DNA from: Candidatus Methylomirabilota bacterium
Lineage (GTDB): Bacteria > Methylomirabilota > Methylomirabilia > Methylomirabilales > 2-02-FULL-66-22
Assembly (NCBI GenBank): GCA_016209735.1
Contig: JACQVN010000009.1
Location: 30,381 to 94,380 of the forward strand
Direction: 5' to 3'
DNA: 64,000 nt
In this document: one piece after another, positions 55,932 through 64,000 of the stretch
How the letters are laid out: every line of letters begins with the position of its first letter
Position numbering within the stretch: the first letter of the stretch is position 1
Notes under the pieces: generated by a model
Told to the model about the DNA's origin: nothing
What the model saw: only the letters and a program-made list of their open reading frames with translations
Databases searched by the model: none
Translations under genes and position numbers: made by a program

Positions 55932-56909
55932 ATGCAACAGGCTGCCAGGTGTTTCGCTTCCGTCGCGTGCGCCATCCTCGTGTGGGTTCCGGCCGCCGCT
56001 TCCGCGCAGGGAACCGACGAGCTCTGGCAGATCACCACCAAGGTAGAGATGCCGGGCATGCCCATGGCCATGCCGGAGCAGATGCAGACCGTCTGCCTGC
56101 CCAGGGGCCACCAGGGAGAGGCGGAGAGGGTCCCGAAGGACAAGAACTGCCGGATGACCGATGTCAAGCAATCCGGAAACCAGATGACGTTCACCATCGT
56201 CTGCGAGGGGAAGGACCGGATGACGGGCACGGGTGACATCGTCTCCACGCCCGACAGCTACCGGGGCAGCATGCGGCTGCAAGGCACCATGGAGGGCCAG
56301 CCTGTGAGCATGACCCAGGCTTTTTCCGGCCGGCGCACAGGCACCTGTACCTACGAGGCGCCCGAGAAGCGAGTGCAGCAGCAGATGGCCGCCACCTGTC
56401 AGCAGGGATTGGACCAACTCGCCAGCGCGATGTTCGTCGGCGACCAGGCCATCTGCAAGGACAGGCGAGAGGCGTTCTGCGGGCGCGTGAGCGGCCTGGC
56501 CCAGGAGATGCGCGAGCCGGCCCGCTACCAGGAGACGGTGAGCCGGCGGGGCGACTGGCGGCAACTCCTGGGGGCCTGCGGCCAGGACGCGCAGGCCGTC
56601 ACGCGGGACGCCTGCAGCCGAGCCATCGGCGGGAAGTCCTGGGATTTCGCCGTGCGGTACTGCGAGGAAGAGGCCAAGGCCGTGGCCAGGCAGCAGTGCG
56701 AGGGCCGGACCTACACGGCTGCCCTGTCGGCCGAGTACGGCCCGCTCTGCCAACGCTACGCCGCGAGACCGGGCCGGGAGTATACCGCCTCGCCGGCGAT
56801 CCGGGCCACCACGCCGGCTCCCCCTGCGGCCACCGCGCCCCCGCCGCCGACGGCAACCGATGTGCTCAAGGAGGGCACGCAGAAGCTCCGGAAGTTCCTG
56901 GGCTTCTGA
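55932..56909 (+). CDS. DUF3617-like secreted protein with a Cys-rich C-terminal extension
   Basis: Signal peptide ...VWVPAAASAQG. LWQITTKVEMPGMPMAMPEQMQTVCL, KNCRMTDVKQSGNQMTFTIVCEG and G.G......Y.G match the DUF3617 pattern. Confidence 0.65.
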   Translation: MQQAARCFASVACAILVWVPAAASAQGTDELWQITTKVEMPGMPMAMPEQMQTVCLPRGHQGEAERVPKDKNCRMTDVKQSGNQMTFTIVCEGKDRMTGTGDIVSTPDSYRGSMRLQGTMEGQPVSMTQAFSGRRTGTCTYEAPEKRVQQQMAATCQQGLDQLASAMFVGDQAICKDRREAFCGRVSGLAQEMREPARYQETVSRRGDWRQLLGACGQDAQAVTRDACSRAIGGKSWDFAVRYCEEEAKAVARQQCEGRTYTAALSAEYGPLCQRYAARPGREYTASPAIRATTPAPPAATAPPPPTATDVLKEGTQKLRKFLGF

Positions 56910-56911
56910 GC

Positions 56912-57730
56912 GTGCGGTGGTTGCAGGTGGTTCCGGTTCGGTTGCTGGCGGCATTCCTCTTGGCGGGCGCGACAGCGCATGCCGCCGAGGACCGCTTTCC
57001 CGACGTCGCCTCCGCCTATCTGGTGCGCGTCCGGGAGCAGGTCCTGTGGGCGGGCCATCCCACGAAACGCCTCCCGCCCGCCAGCCTCACCAAGCTCATG
57101 ACGGCCCTCCTCGTCCTGGAAAACTACCGGCCCGAGGCGGTGGTCAGCGTCGGCAGGGCGGCGGCCGCCGAGACCGGCGCCCGCCTCGGGCTCAAGGCGG
57201 GCGAGCGGATGCGGGTGAAGGATCTGCTCGCCGCAACCCTTGTGCGCTCCGCCAACGACGCCTGCCACGCCCTCGCGGCCTGGCGGGCGGGGAGCCAGGC
57301 CCGCTTCGTGACGTGGATGAATCGCCGCGCGGCCGAGCTTGGTCTCACGGATACCTGGTTCGCCAACGCCTGCGGCCTGGACGCGCCGGGCCACTACTCC
57401 TCCGTCCAGGACCTGGCCGTTCTCGCCGACGCCGCCATGCGCCATGCCACGCTCGCCGACCTGGTCGCCCGGACGGAGGCCGTGGTCCGGACCGCGGATG
57501 GCCGGCGCACGTTCCGGTTCAAGAATCGGAACGCGCTCATCGGCCGGCTTCCCGGCGCCATCGGGGTGAAATCCGGATACACCCGAAAGGCGGGGCCTTG
57601 TGTGGTGGCCCTGGCGGAGCGGGAGGGGGTCCGGGTGCTCTTGATCATGCTCAACGCGTCGAACCGCTGGTGGGACGCCCACGGGATGATCGAGCGGGCC
57701 TTCGCCGAGGCGGGGCGGCGGCGTGAGTGA
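56912..57730 (+). CDS. D-alanyl-D-alanine carboxypeptidase (S11, DacA-like)
   Basis: SxxK motif PPASLTKLMT, SxN motif VRSANDA, and KTG-like KSGYT. Signal peptide after GTG 56912. Confidence 0.85.
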   Translation: MRWLQVVPVRLLAAFLLAGATAHAAEDRFPDVASAYLVRVREQVLWAGHPTKRLPPASLTKLMTALLVLENYRPEAVVSVGRAAAAETGARLGLKAGERMRVKDLLAATLVRSANDACHALAAWRAGSQARFVTWMNRRAAELGLTDTWFANACGLDAPGHYSSVQDLAVLADAAMRHATLADLVARTEAVVRTADGRRTFRFKNRNALIGRLPGAIGVKSGYTRKAGPCVVALAEREGVRVLLIMLNASNRWWDAHGMIERAFAEAGRRRE

Positions 57731-57793
57731 CCGCGGGGGCTGAGCCATCCTCCTGATTTTCGACAGGATGAACAGGAGGGGCAGGATTATCGC

Positions 57794-59128
57794 GTGAGTG
57801 ACCGCCGGGCCGTCGCCATCCTCCTGACCGCGGTCGGCATCGCCTACCTGAATGCGCTTCGCGGCGTCTTCCAGTTCGACGACTTCAACGTCATCGTGCA
57901 CAATCCCGCGGTGCATTCCTGGGGGGCCTGGCTCCACTCCATGCCGGGCATCCGGCCGCTGCTCAAGTTGTCGTACACGCTGAGCTGGACGCTGGACCGC
58001 GGCGCCGCAGGGTTCCTGCTGGTGAATGTGCTCTGCCACGGAACAAACACGCTCCTGGTGTACGCGCTGGCCGTGCGCTGGGCGGGGGCGCAGGCTCCGC
58101 GAAGCGCCGCCCCCCACGCCGTGGGTCTCGCCGCCGCGCTCCTCTTTGCCCTGCACCCTGCCAACAGCGAGGCAGTGACCTACATCTCGGGACGATCGGT
58201 GTCCCTGATGGCCACGTGCTACCTCGGCAGCCTGCTGGCCTACCTCCGGGGGTGGGAGCGCGAATCGCATGCCCTGACGAACCTGGCCTCACCGGTCTTG
58301 TTCCTGGCCGCCCTGGCCGTGAAGGAGACCGCCTGGACGCTGCCGCTTGCCCTCCTGCTCTGGGAGGCGGGCCGACCCGGCGGCGGATGGGAGGCGGGAC
58401 TTCGCCGGACATGGCTGCACTGGGCGGCGCTCGGCCTGGGAGCGACCGCCATCCTGGCTCTGCCGGTCTATCGCAGGCTCCTGGAGGTGAGCCTCGCCAC
58501 GCGCAGTCTGACGGAGAATCTGCTCACCCAGATCGGAGGGCAATTCTATCTGTTGACGCGGCCCCTCCTCCTGCTCTGGCTCAACATCGACCCGGACCTC
58601 CCCGTCCACACGGCCCCCAGCGCCGGACTGATCTTGCAGGGAACGGTCCTGGCAGGGCTGGTCGCCCTGGGATTGGCACAGCTCCGCCGCCGGTCCTGGT
58701 TCGGGGTCGGACTGCTCTGGTTCTTCCTCCACCTGCTCCCCACCAATGCCATCCTCCCGCGGCTGGACGTGGCCAACGACCGGCAGCTCTACCTGGCGAT
58801 GATCGGCCCGGGATTCCTCGTCGCTGCGGCCCTGGTCCGCCTCCCGGGATGGTATGCGCGAGTGGCCGTAGCCGCCCTGGTGGTTGTCCTCGGCGGGGCG
58901 ACGGTCCTACGCAACCACGAATATCGCAGCGAGGTGGCGCTCTGGGAGGCAACGGTCAAGGCTTCCCCGGGAAAGGCTCGGGCCTGGAACAACCTGGGCT
59001 ATGCCCACCAGCTCGCCGGCAATCCCGAGCTGGCGCGCCAGGGGTACCTGAGGGCCCTGGCCCTCCAGCCCGACCACCCCAAGGCGCGCGCCAATCTGGA
59101 GGCCCTTCCACCGCAACAGGCCCCCTGA
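57794..59128 (+). CDS. Polytopic membrane protein with C-terminal TPR repeats (TMTC/PMT-like putative glycosyltransferase)
   Basis: N-terminal YLNALRGVFQFDDFNVIV.NP, about 9 TM segments, and the C-terminal AWNNLGYAHQLAGNPELARQGYLRALALQPDH.KA. Confidence 0.7.
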   Translation: MSDRRAVAILLTAVGIAYLNALRGVFQFDDFNVIVHNPAVHSWGAWLHSMPGIRPLLKLSYTLSWTLDRGAAGFLLVNVLCHGTNTLLVYALAVRWAGAQAPRSAAPHAVGLAAALLFALHPANSEAVTYISGRSVSLMATCYLGSLLAYLRGWERESHALTNLASPVLFLAALAVKETAWTLPLALLLWEAGRPGGGWEAGLRRTWLHWAALGLGATAILALPVYRRLLEVSLATRSLTENLLTQIGGQFYLLTRPLLLLWLNIDPDLPVHTAPSAGLILQGTVLAGLVALGLAQLRRRSWFGVGLLWFFLHLLPTNAILPRLDVANDRQLYLAMIGPGFLVAAALVRLPGWYARVAVAALVVVLGGATVLRNHEYRSEVALWEATVKASPGKARAWNNLGYAHQLAGNPELARQGYLRALALQPDHPKARANLEALPPQQAP

Positions 59129-59317
59129 GGCGCGGGGGAGGGGGCCGCGAGCGATCGCCCTCGGAGCGCGATTTCTCCCATGGCTCTCCCGACAATATCC
59201 CTCCTCGCAGACACGCTTCGCCTTGTCCTTGACAGGTCTGTCGCGGTCTGGGTAATCTGCCGAGGACTCCCCACAGGCTACACGCCTTTCACCCGTCACG
59301 TACAGGAGGAGGCTCCC

Positions 59318-60331
59318 ATGGAGTACCGGCCGTTCGGCCGAACCGGGGTCATGGTCTCGCCGTTTTGCCTGGGGACGCTGAACTTCGGCGGGCCCACCGA
59401 CGAAGGGGCGTCGATGGCCATCATCGAGCGGGCCGTTGCAGGTGGCATCAATTTCATCGACGTGGCCAATTCGTACAACAAAGGGGAGAGCGAGCGGATT
59501 GTCGGCCGCGCCCTCAAGCAGATGGGGAACAGGGATCAGATCTTCCTGGCCACCAAGGTGTTCAATGCCATGGGGGGCGGGCCCAACGACCGAGGCCTCT
59601 CGCGGCTCCACATCCTGCGCGAGTGCGAGAACTCGCTCCGCCGCCTCCAGGTGGACCACGTGGATCTCTACCAGCTCCATCGCGTAAGCTTCGAAGTGCC
59701 CCAGGACGAGACACTCCGCGCCCTGGACGACTTGGTCCGCGCCGGCAAAGTGCGCTACTTCGGGAGCTCCACCTTTCCCGCCTGGAAGGTGATGGAAGGC
59801 CTTGCCATCAGCGAGCGGCTGGGACTCAACCGCTACGTGTCGGAGCAGCCTCCCTACAACCTGCTGGATCGCCGGATCGAGAACGAGCTGATCCCGCTGG
59901 CCCAGGCCCATGGGCTGGCGATCATGAGCTGGTCGCCCCTGGCCGCCGGCGTCCTGACCGGCCGCTACCCGGTCGAAGGGCCGATGCCCGAGGACAGCCG
60001 GGGCGCCCGAGGTGCCCGGGTCTGGGTGGAGCGCATCAGCCGCTCCGGCAGGCAGGTGGGAGAGAAGCTGGCGGAGCATGCCGAACGCCGCGGCATGACG
60101 GCAGCCCAGCTCGCGCTCCTCTGGGTCAAGGAGCAGCCGGGGATCACCGCGCCCATCATCGGGCCACGGACCCAGGAGCACCTGGAGGCGGCGCTGTCGG
60201 TGATCGACAAGAAGCTGGAGCACGAGGACGCCGCCTTCTGCGACAGCCTGGTGCCGCCCGGCTCCGCCGTGGTGGACTACCACAACACCTCTCGCTGGAT
60301 GAAGATGCGACTGGGCGGGGAGGAAAGCTGA
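59318..60331 (+). CDS. Aldo/keto reductase
   Basis: MEYRPFGRTG..VS.FCLGT..FGG, INFIDVANSYN.GESE, VDLYQLHR, VRYFG.S, and IIGPRT.EHL. Confidence 0.9.
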   Translation: MEYRPFGRTGVMVSPFCLGTLNFGGPTDEGASMAIIERAVAGGINFIDVANSYNKGESERIVGRALKQMGNRDQIFLATKVFNAMGGGPNDRGLSRLHILRECENSLRRLQVDHVDLYQLHRVSFEVPQDETLRALDDLVRAGKVRYFGSSTFPAWKVMEGLAISERLGLNRYVSEQPPYNLLDRRIENELIPLAQAHGLAIMSWSPLAAGVLTGRYPVEGPMPEDSRGARGARVWVERISRSGRQVGEKLAEHAERRGMTAAQLALLWVKEQPGITAPIIGPRTQEHLEAALSVIDKKLEHEDAAFCDSLVPPGSAVVDYHNTSRWMKMRLGGEES

Positions 60332-60659
60332 GTTTGAGGCTGTTCACTGCTGCAACGGTGGCGCCGTGTCGTGCGGTGCGGTGAACAGATTGTAGCCGAA
60401 GGCCGCCGAGATCGGACGCCCGGCGGGTCGTGGACAGACCCGTCCTGCCGAGCGCGGCGCGGCCAGGGGCCCCCGGGCTTTTGGCTTGACAAGACGAAAG
60501 GCGTCCGGCTAGCGTGATCCCGTCGGCGAGATGCGAGCCGGCTTCGCATGGTGTCTGGCAGTCCTCTCGTTCAGTGAATGCCTTGGAGGTGTCGGTCCGG
60601 ACGGACTCCGTTAGGACGTGGGACGATCGAGGCAGCCCACGGAGGCGAAGGAGGGGATC

Positions 60660-61058
60660 GTGGCGGGAGAGAAGGCACGGATCGAGGTTGTCAAAACGGA
60701 CAAGGCGGGACCGCCGGTGGGGCCGTACAATCAGGGGATCAGGGCCGGCGGGTTTGTCTTCGTGGCGGGGGAGAAGGGGATCGATCCGGCAACCGGGAGG
60801 ATCGTGTCGGGGGGGATCGAGGCCGAGACCCGGCGCACGCTGGAGAACATCAAGGCCATCCTGGAGGCGGCCGGCTCCAGGATGGATCTGGTGGTGAGCA
60901 CGTTCGTCTTCATGACGGACCTGGCCGAGTTTCCCCGCATGAACGCCATCTACGCCGAGTATTTCACCGCCAATCCGCCGGGCCGGACGACCGTGGAAGT
61001 GAAGGCGCTCCCCGCCGGAGCCCACATCGAGATCACCGGTACCGCGCTGGCCGGATAG
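60660..61058 (+). CDS. ridA: RidA/YjgF-family reactive-intermediate deaminase
   Basis: PVGPYNQGIRAG.FVFVAGE.G.DP.TG, ET...L.NIKAILEAAG, F..D...F..MN.IY.EYF...PPGRTTVEV..LP.GA.IEI. GTG 60660 follows an AGGAGGGG RBS. Confidence 0.85.
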   Translation: MAGEKARIEVVKTDKAGPPVGPYNQGIRAGGFVFVAGEKGIDPATGRIVSGGIEAETRRTLENIKAILEAAGSRMDLVVSTFVFMTDLAEFPRMNAIYAEYFTANPPGRTTVEVKALPAGAHIEITGTALAG

Positions 61059-61070
61059 GCGAGGCACCCC

Positions 61071-61418
61071 GTGAGGCGCCTGCGGCGACTGCGGGACCTG
61101 GATGCGAGCCTGGCCCAGGGTATCGCGGTGTGGGTGGGCTGGATCCTGTTCGGCATCACGTTGCTGAATACCCTGGCCCTGGCGTTTAGCGGCTGGGCGG
61201 TGAGCGCCCGGGCGCTGGGCGTCCGGGACATGGGACGCGGCCTCTTCTTTGCCGGCTTTTATGCAGCAACTCTGACCGCCTCCGTCAACCTCGCTCTCTT
61301 CTGCACGGTCCTGGCCGCGGGAGCCTGGTTCTTCAGCGGCCGGGCTGCCCTGTGGCTCCTCGCCGCCGCCCTGATGAGCGGCCTTCCCCTCGGCCTCCTG
61401 ACCCTGCTGGGGCGCTGA
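61071..61418 (+). CDS. Hypothetical small membrane protein (3-4 TM segments)
   Basis: Hydrophobic stretches WVGWILFGITLLNTLALAF, LFFAGFYAATLTASVNLALF and AALWLLAAALMSGLPLGLL. Confidence 0.45.
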   Translation: MRRLRRLRDLDASLAQGIAVWVGWILFGITLLNTLALAFSGWAVSARALGVRDMGRGLFFAGFYAATLTASVNLALFCTVLAAGAWFFSGRAALWLLAAALMSGLPLGLLTLLGR

Positions 61419-61534
61419 CCCGGATCATTCGCGAAGGCGTTCGCGTACGATAACAGGAATGTCGGTGGGCGCGTGGAACGCCCCGTTAGGGGACTCGTCA
61501 GGCAATCCCCTCAACCCCCCTTGTCGGGGTTGCA

Positions 61535-62566
61535 ATGGAAAAGGAGCTGGCCATGTCCGAGCCGCTGAAGCCCTCCGCTCCTCCGTTTCAGCGCATTCTG
61601 GAGACAGCCTCGGCCTTCCAGGCCAGCCGGGTATTGCTCACCGCCGTCGAACTTGACCTCTTCACGCTGCTGGATGTGGCGCCCCGCGCCTCGGCCGAGG
61701 CGGCCCCCGTCATCAACGCAGACCCCCGGGGGCTGGATCGTCTCATGAACGCCCTCGCCGCTCTGGGATTCTTGGTGAAGCGGGAGGGGCGATTCGCCAA
61801 CGCCCCCGAGGCCTCCCGGTTCCTGGTCCGCGGGAAACCCGGCTACATCGCGAGCCTGATGCACTGGGTGCACCTGTGGGAGACGTGGGGCACGCTCACG
61901 GCGGCCGTGCGCAGGGGGGGGCCCGTCGACCGGGCGGCCGTGGGCGAGCGGGGAGAGGCCTGGCTGGAGGCCTTCATCGCGGCCATGCACTGGCGGGGGA
62001 CGCAGCACGCTCCCGGGGTCGTGGGCAGCCTGGACCTCACGGGGGTTGCCCGTGTGCTGGACGTGGGCGGAGGATCCGGCGCCTACGCCATGGCATTCGT
62101 CCGGGCAAAGGCGGGGCTCCGGGCCACTGTCTTCGACCTGCCGGGCGTCCTTCCCCTCACACGACGCTATGTCGCCGAGGCGAACCTGACGGGGGCCATC
62201 GAGTTCGCGGCGGGCGATTACGGCACGGATCCCTTCGGCCCGGGCTTCGACCTCGTCTTCCTGTCGGCGATCGTGCACAGCAACTCGCCGGACGAGAACC
62301 GGCACCTCCTGCGACGCTGTGCGGCAGCCCTGGCACCCGGCGGGCAGATGGTGATCCAGGACTTCCTCATCGACGAGGCCCGATCCGGGCCGGTCTTTCC
62401 CGCCCTCTTCGCCCTCAACATGCTGGTCGGCACACTGGCCGGGGACACCTACACGGAGACCGAGATCCGGACGTGGATGGCGGAGGCCTCCATCGAGGCG
62501 ATCAGCCGCCGCGACACGCCCTTCGGGACGAGCCTGCTGGTCGGACGCAGAGGCAGAAGTGCTTAG
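61535..62566 (+). CDS. Class I SAM-dependent O-methyltransferase (PF00891-like, with N-terminal dimerisation/winged-helix domain)
   Basis: A..VLL.AVELDLFT.L, the SAM motif VLDVGGGSGAYA, and DL.FLS.I.H. An alternative start is ATG 61553, after AAGGAG. Confidence 0.8.
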   Translation: MEKELAMSEPLKPSAPPFQRILETASAFQASRVLLTAVELDLFTLLDVAPRASAEAAPVINADPRGLDRLMNALAALGFLVKREGRFANAPEASRFLVRGKPGYIASLMHWVHLWETWGTLTAAVRRGGPVDRAAVGERGEAWLEAFIAAMHWRGTQHAPGVVGSLDLTGVARVLDVGGGSGAYAMAFVRAKAGLRATVFDLPGVLPLTRRYVAEANLTGAIEFAAGDYGTDPFGPGFDLVFLSAIVHSNSPDENRHLLRRCAAALAPGGQMVIQDFLIDEARSGPVFPALFALNMLVGTLAGDTYTETEIRTWMAEASIEAISRRDTPFGTSLLVGRRGRSA

Positions 62567-62604
62567 GTCTGCTTTTCGCAATTACGGTCACGTGAGCCGG
62601 ATAA

Positions 62605-62640
62605 CCGTTCGCCCTCAGTAGGGGCGACGCATGCGTCGCC
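62605..62640. repeat. Perfect palindrome GTAGGGGCGACGCATGCGTCGCCCCTAC (GTAG-REP variant)
   Basis: 28-nt perfect inverted repeat with GTAG/CTAC at both ends. Confidence 0.8.
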
Positions 62641-62786
62641 CCTACATGTCGAAGGGCGACGCGACGTTCGTGGTTCGATCCCGCCCGGGCGGGGCTCGCC
62701 ACGAACGGGTGGAATACCTTAGCGTAATAACGACCGAGAGCGCTTACTGCTCCCGGACGAAACCTGCGGCGAACCGCACGGGGAAA

Positions 62787-62815
62787 TTGACCCGACCGCC
62801 GAGCTGTGCGATACT
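62787..62815 (+). promoter_or_regulatory. Candidate sigma-70 promoter (TTGACC-17 nt-GATACT)
   Basis: The -35 is at 62787-62792 and the -10 at 62810-62815, about 40 nt upstream of ATG 62854. Confidence 0.45.
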
Positions 62816-62853
62816 CACACCCCTCGGCCTCGTCGTAGCCCTGGAATGGTGGA

Positions 62854-63555
62854 ATGTGGAACGGATTCGACAAACTGCTTGAACTCCAGAAGCTGGACGT
62901 GGCCATCGCCAAGCTGGAGGCGGAAGCTCAGGCCCTCCCCCGAGCCATCCAGGCGCTGGAGGCGAGGCTCACCCAGGCCCGATCCGGATTGGACGCCGCC
63001 ACGGCCAGCGCCGACCAGCTCCAGAAGGAGCGGCGGAGCAAGGAACGGGAGCTGGAGGAGGCCGCCCAGGGTGTCAGAAAGAAGCAAGCGCGCCTCTACG
63101 AGATCAAGACCAACGAGGAATACAGCGCCGTCCTGAAGGAGATCGCGGTCCTCAAGGAGAAGTCCTCCGGCCTGGAGACCGAGATCCTCGAGCTCCTGGA
63201 GAAGAGCGACGGGGTTGCCAAGGTTGTGGGCCAGGCCGAGACCGTGTTCCAGTCTGCCGAGGCCTTGCACCGGAAGGAGCGCGGCGAAAAGCAGGCCCAG
63301 CTCGACGGCGTCAAGCGCGAGCTGGAGCGGATCCGGGAGGCGCGCAAGGGCCAGGCCAGTCGGCTGGATGCCGAACAGCTGCAACAGTACACCCGCCTGA
63401 TGCGATCGCGGGGCCTCGTCGTGGTGCCCGTGAAGGATGGCTCGTGCGGAGGCTGCGGCGTGTCCCTGCCTCCCCAGACGTTCGTCGAGGTCCGCCGGAA
63501 CGACCGCATGTACACTTGCCCCTCCTGCAGCCGCATTCTGTTTTACGCCGGATAG
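62854..63555 (+). CDS. Zinc-ribbon coiled-coil protein (COG1579 / DUF164 family)
   Basis: LLELQ.LD..I..LE......P..I..LE at the N-terminus, a long coiled coil, and the C-terminal V.DG.CGGCGV.LPPQ.....R......CP.C.RILFY. Confidence 0.8.
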   Translation: MWNGFDKLLELQKLDVAIAKLEAEAQALPRAIQALEARLTQARSGLDAATASADQLQKERRSKERELEEAAQGVRKKQARLYEIKTNEEYSAVLKEIAVLKEKSSGLETEILELLEKSDGVAKVVGQAETVFQSAEALHRKERGEKQAQLDGVKRELERIREARKGQASRLDAEQLQQYTRLMRSRGLVVVPVKDGSCGGCGVSLPPQTFVEVRRNDRMYTCPSCSRILFYAG

Positions 63556-63558
63556 CTC

Positions 63559-64000
63559 ATGGAGTCCACGGAACTGCTCTCCCGCCTACGCCGCCTCGTC
63601 GAGGCCGAGGCCGGCGCCGGGGTGCTGCGCCTTCCCCTGGATCTGCCGGCCGACGCCGCGCTGGAGGCGGCGCGAGCGGCCCTGGCCGCCCTGGAGGATC
63701 GAGCGGTCCGTCCGCCGCCGACGCGCCGGGGAGCGGGGAGCCGCTCGGCGATCCGCATCCACATCGACGGGGCGGCTCGGGGAAATCCGGGGCCGGCCGG
63801 TCTGGGCGTGGCCATTTTCCGGGCGGACGGCGAGGTGCTGGAGCGGCTCTCGCGATACATCGGCCGGGCCACGAACAACGTGGCGGAGTACCGGGCGCTT
63901 CTCCTGGCGCTGGAGCGGGCCGAAGCCCTCGGCCTGACGGATGTGGAGATCTACTCGGATTCGGAGTTGCTGGTCCGCCAGCTCCACGGGCGCTACCAGG
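63559..64000 (+). CDS. RNase H-domain protein (RNase HI-like), 3' end truncated by the window
   Basis: Translated by hand from ATG 63559: ...IRIHIDGAARGNPGPAGLGVAIF....GEVL...S.YIG.ATNNVAEYRALLLALERA..LG...VEIYSDSELLVRQL.G.Y. No stop before the window end, and not present in the ORF track. Confidence 0.75.
   Translation, partial: MESTELLSRLRRLVEAEAGAGVLRLPLDLPADAALEAARAALAALEDRAVRPPPTRRGAGSRSAIRIHIDGAARGNPGPAGLGVAIFRADGEVLERLSRYIGRATNNVAEYRALLLALERAEALGLTDVEIYSDSELLVRQLHGRYQ

Noticed and set aside
60487-60617. Possible regulatory leader or riboswitch upstream of ridA (TTGACA at 60487 plus several short hairpins).
   Set aside because: No -10 element of convincing quality and no resemblance to a known riboswitch that I can identify by eye.
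62650-62710. tRNA-like fragment (GTGGTTCGATCCCGCC resembles a T arm) inside a CGTTCGTGG...CCACGAACG hairpin.
   Set aside because: The putative T stem is not complementary, and no acceptor, D or anticodon arms can be drawn. It is more simply a nested palindromic repeat.

Overview
GC-rich bacterial chromosomal segment with about 60 protein genes. All but one intact gene lie on the + strand. The core is housekeeping: lepA-lepB, hrcA-grpE-dnaJ, rsmE, a 5'-3' exonuclease with coaE, rho-rpmE-prfA-prmC-murA, a complete his operon (hisG-D-C-B-H-A-F-IE), and rpsU-yqeY-mutS2-dnaG-rpoD. Envelope genes are also present: a porin-like OMP, a PAP2 phosphatase, a GT39/ArnT-like transferase, a DacA-like carboxypeptidase and a TPR membrane protein. 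A tRNA(CAT) at 47089-47165 carries a roughly 7-kb integrated element, bounded by a 49-nt copy of the tRNA 3' half. The element encodes an integrase, an XRE regulator, an excisionase-like HTH, a primase-polymerase/helicase and a low-GC HEAT-repeat membrane protein on the minus strand. An IS200-like Y1/HUH (RAYT-type) transposase follows it. The most unusual property is a dense set of at least ten short-repeat families, about 6.5 kb or roughly 10% of the window by hand tally. These include GTAG-type REP hairpins, 7-8 nt tandem arrays (GCACAGSG, GGACCAT, AACGTGR, GCCGAGC, GAACCTYG), AT-rich foldbacks whose arms are themselves tandem repeats, a 250-bp MITE-like element with hairpin termini, and several GC-rich palindromes, some nested in one another. 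Most fill intergenic spacers directly after stop codons. However, five copies sit in frame inside conserved genes (dnaG, prmC, hisF, and two in the ArnT-like gene). One foldback encloses a four-helix-bundle (23S-IVS/Avd-like) gene between lepA and lepB. No rRNA, CRISPR array or reverse transcriptase was seen. All calls come from reading the sequence and the ORF translations; no database search was run.
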